Origin: Scyliorhinus canicula
Lineage: Eukaryota
DNA length: 64,000 nt
Direction of reading: 5' to 3'
Assembly (NCBI RefSeq): GCF_902713615.1
Contig: NC_052162.1
Coordinates: 19,650,182-19,714,181 of the forward strand
Of this stretch, positions 62,516 through 64,000 are shown piece after piece. The translations under genes and the position numbers were made by a program. Positions within the stretch are counted from its first letter, which is position 1; every line of letters starts with the position of its first letter. A model generated the notes under the pieces. The model was not told the origin of the DNA and did not search any database. It was given only the letters and a program-made list of their open reading frames with translations.

Positions 62516-64000
62516 TATTTCAGAAAGTAATATAGTTATTGGGTGAGGTGAAATTTAGTAGAGTGTGACAGTGAGTGGGAAAAGCAGCATTGAAGCTTTT
62601 GGCACCAACGGTGGCATTTTGCACAGTATCGTTGGAAACGTAGAAAAATAAACTTCAAGGGGTGGACACCATGAAGTCATGCTAACAGGGCGGGTTGGTT
62701 TTTTTAAAGATAGGGGCACCATTTTTAAAGGTCAGTCCACTGCACAAAGGTTCACCAGGACCCCCCCCCCCTCTCGCAGTGCCCGGGTATGATCCCCTAC
62801 CCCCTGAGCAAAGCACTTACCTGAACTCCCCTGGGAGGCCTGTGTGTTTGTATGCCATGGGAGACCAGTGGTAATTAATGCTGGTGGGGGGTGGGAACGA
62901 ATATGGTGAAAGATGGCACTATTAATATGTTAGTGTATTATAATGATATTCCGACATTCAATCCCTTTGTGTCACTGGCGTGGGGATCGGGGAATGGGGA
63001 CAATTGTGCCACGCTTTTACTTTGGCGTGAAACCTCATTTAGGCTTCTTGCAGGATTTTCCATTCCCATCACCAAATCCACCCGAAAAGGACGGAACTGG
63101 AAAATCCCCACTGTAAATACATACAGGAAACCACCTAGGCTGTTATGTACTACAAAACAGTAAAATATCAAGTTGAAATGACATTGGAAGTCATGGAGTT
63201 TAATTATTGGCGACTGAATGTCTATCACTGCCTTGTAATACACTTTTTTGTGTTATTCCTTGTATTATAACATAAATATTATTTGTGGGAGCTTCTCCAA
63301 AATCTTTTGTCAGCAAGTTTTTTTCTTTGCTAGTGGTGCATGTCAAAGTGAATAGTGATGATTTGCAAATTTCTGCTTCAAATTGTGGTCTGACCAAAAG
63401 TAATTAAATACCCATGTGACTATCCCAGGAGTGGTAACAGGATTAATTTCCCTGCACATTCCAGAAATGTAGCATACTCTGTTTACATAATACAGCGCAA
63501 CCTATTCTTTATAAAGTACCCACCATAATTGAAATACTTGCACACTGATACCATCATACCCATGATTACAAAATAATTAGAATAGTGTCCCGATTTCAAA
63601 ATCCTTGACTTTCTAGGTTTATAGATTCAGTGACTGATAATGTAAAATGTGAGATAAAATGTCAAACAATGGGGTAAGAACTGACCATGCCTTTCTAGAA
63701 ATACAGGCCCTTAATGACACTATTCCACTTAGAAGTAATTTAAGAATCTTGGTCAATGAGTGCCTGATAGAATTTAACACATTAAAATATATTTTTCTTT
63801 GTGTGTTAATTCTTACAAATTTGTAAAGGCACTTACAATGGATCTACAAATTTGTACCAACTAAGGCAGAGCAGAATGTCAACAATTATGTGTTCGCACT
63901 TCAGAATGAATCTTCCAAAGAGGAAAAATATTTAATAAATGTAAAAACTGAAATACAAAATTATGCATGTCGACTGGCACCTTCCTAACCAGGATTGTGG

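Overview
Repeat-dense vertebrate DNA, very likely from a shark (HE1/V-SINEs, a SacSINE1-like head and shark-type CR1 LINEs), with no recognisable intact host protein-coding gene. About the first 54 kb is a nest of decayed mobile elements: PIF/Harbinger transposons (HARBI1-like DDE nuclease plus a spliced Myb/SANT gene with a long heptad-repeat tail) and their MITEs; CR1, Rex1/Babar and L1 LINEs; Penelope pieces carrying minimal hammerhead ribozymes; a full-length Gypsy element with both LTRs; solo LTRs; and many SINEs. The last 10 kb is AT-rich and poor in elements. The standout is a second, non-autonomous LTR element (minus strand, about 9230-13359). After LTR, PBS, gag and a protease-like region, where RT/integrase should be, it carries an intronless NAP1 (nucleosome assembly protein 1) histone-chaperone domain with an acidic tail, fused in frame to the protease-like region. 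Other highlights are a Gypsy leader that is a perfect 16-nt complement of its own LTR poly(A) region instead of a tRNA PBS, a YY1-motif array in gag, and SINEs with three different 3' tails matching three LINE clades present in the window. All family calls come from motif recognition by eye, without database searches.
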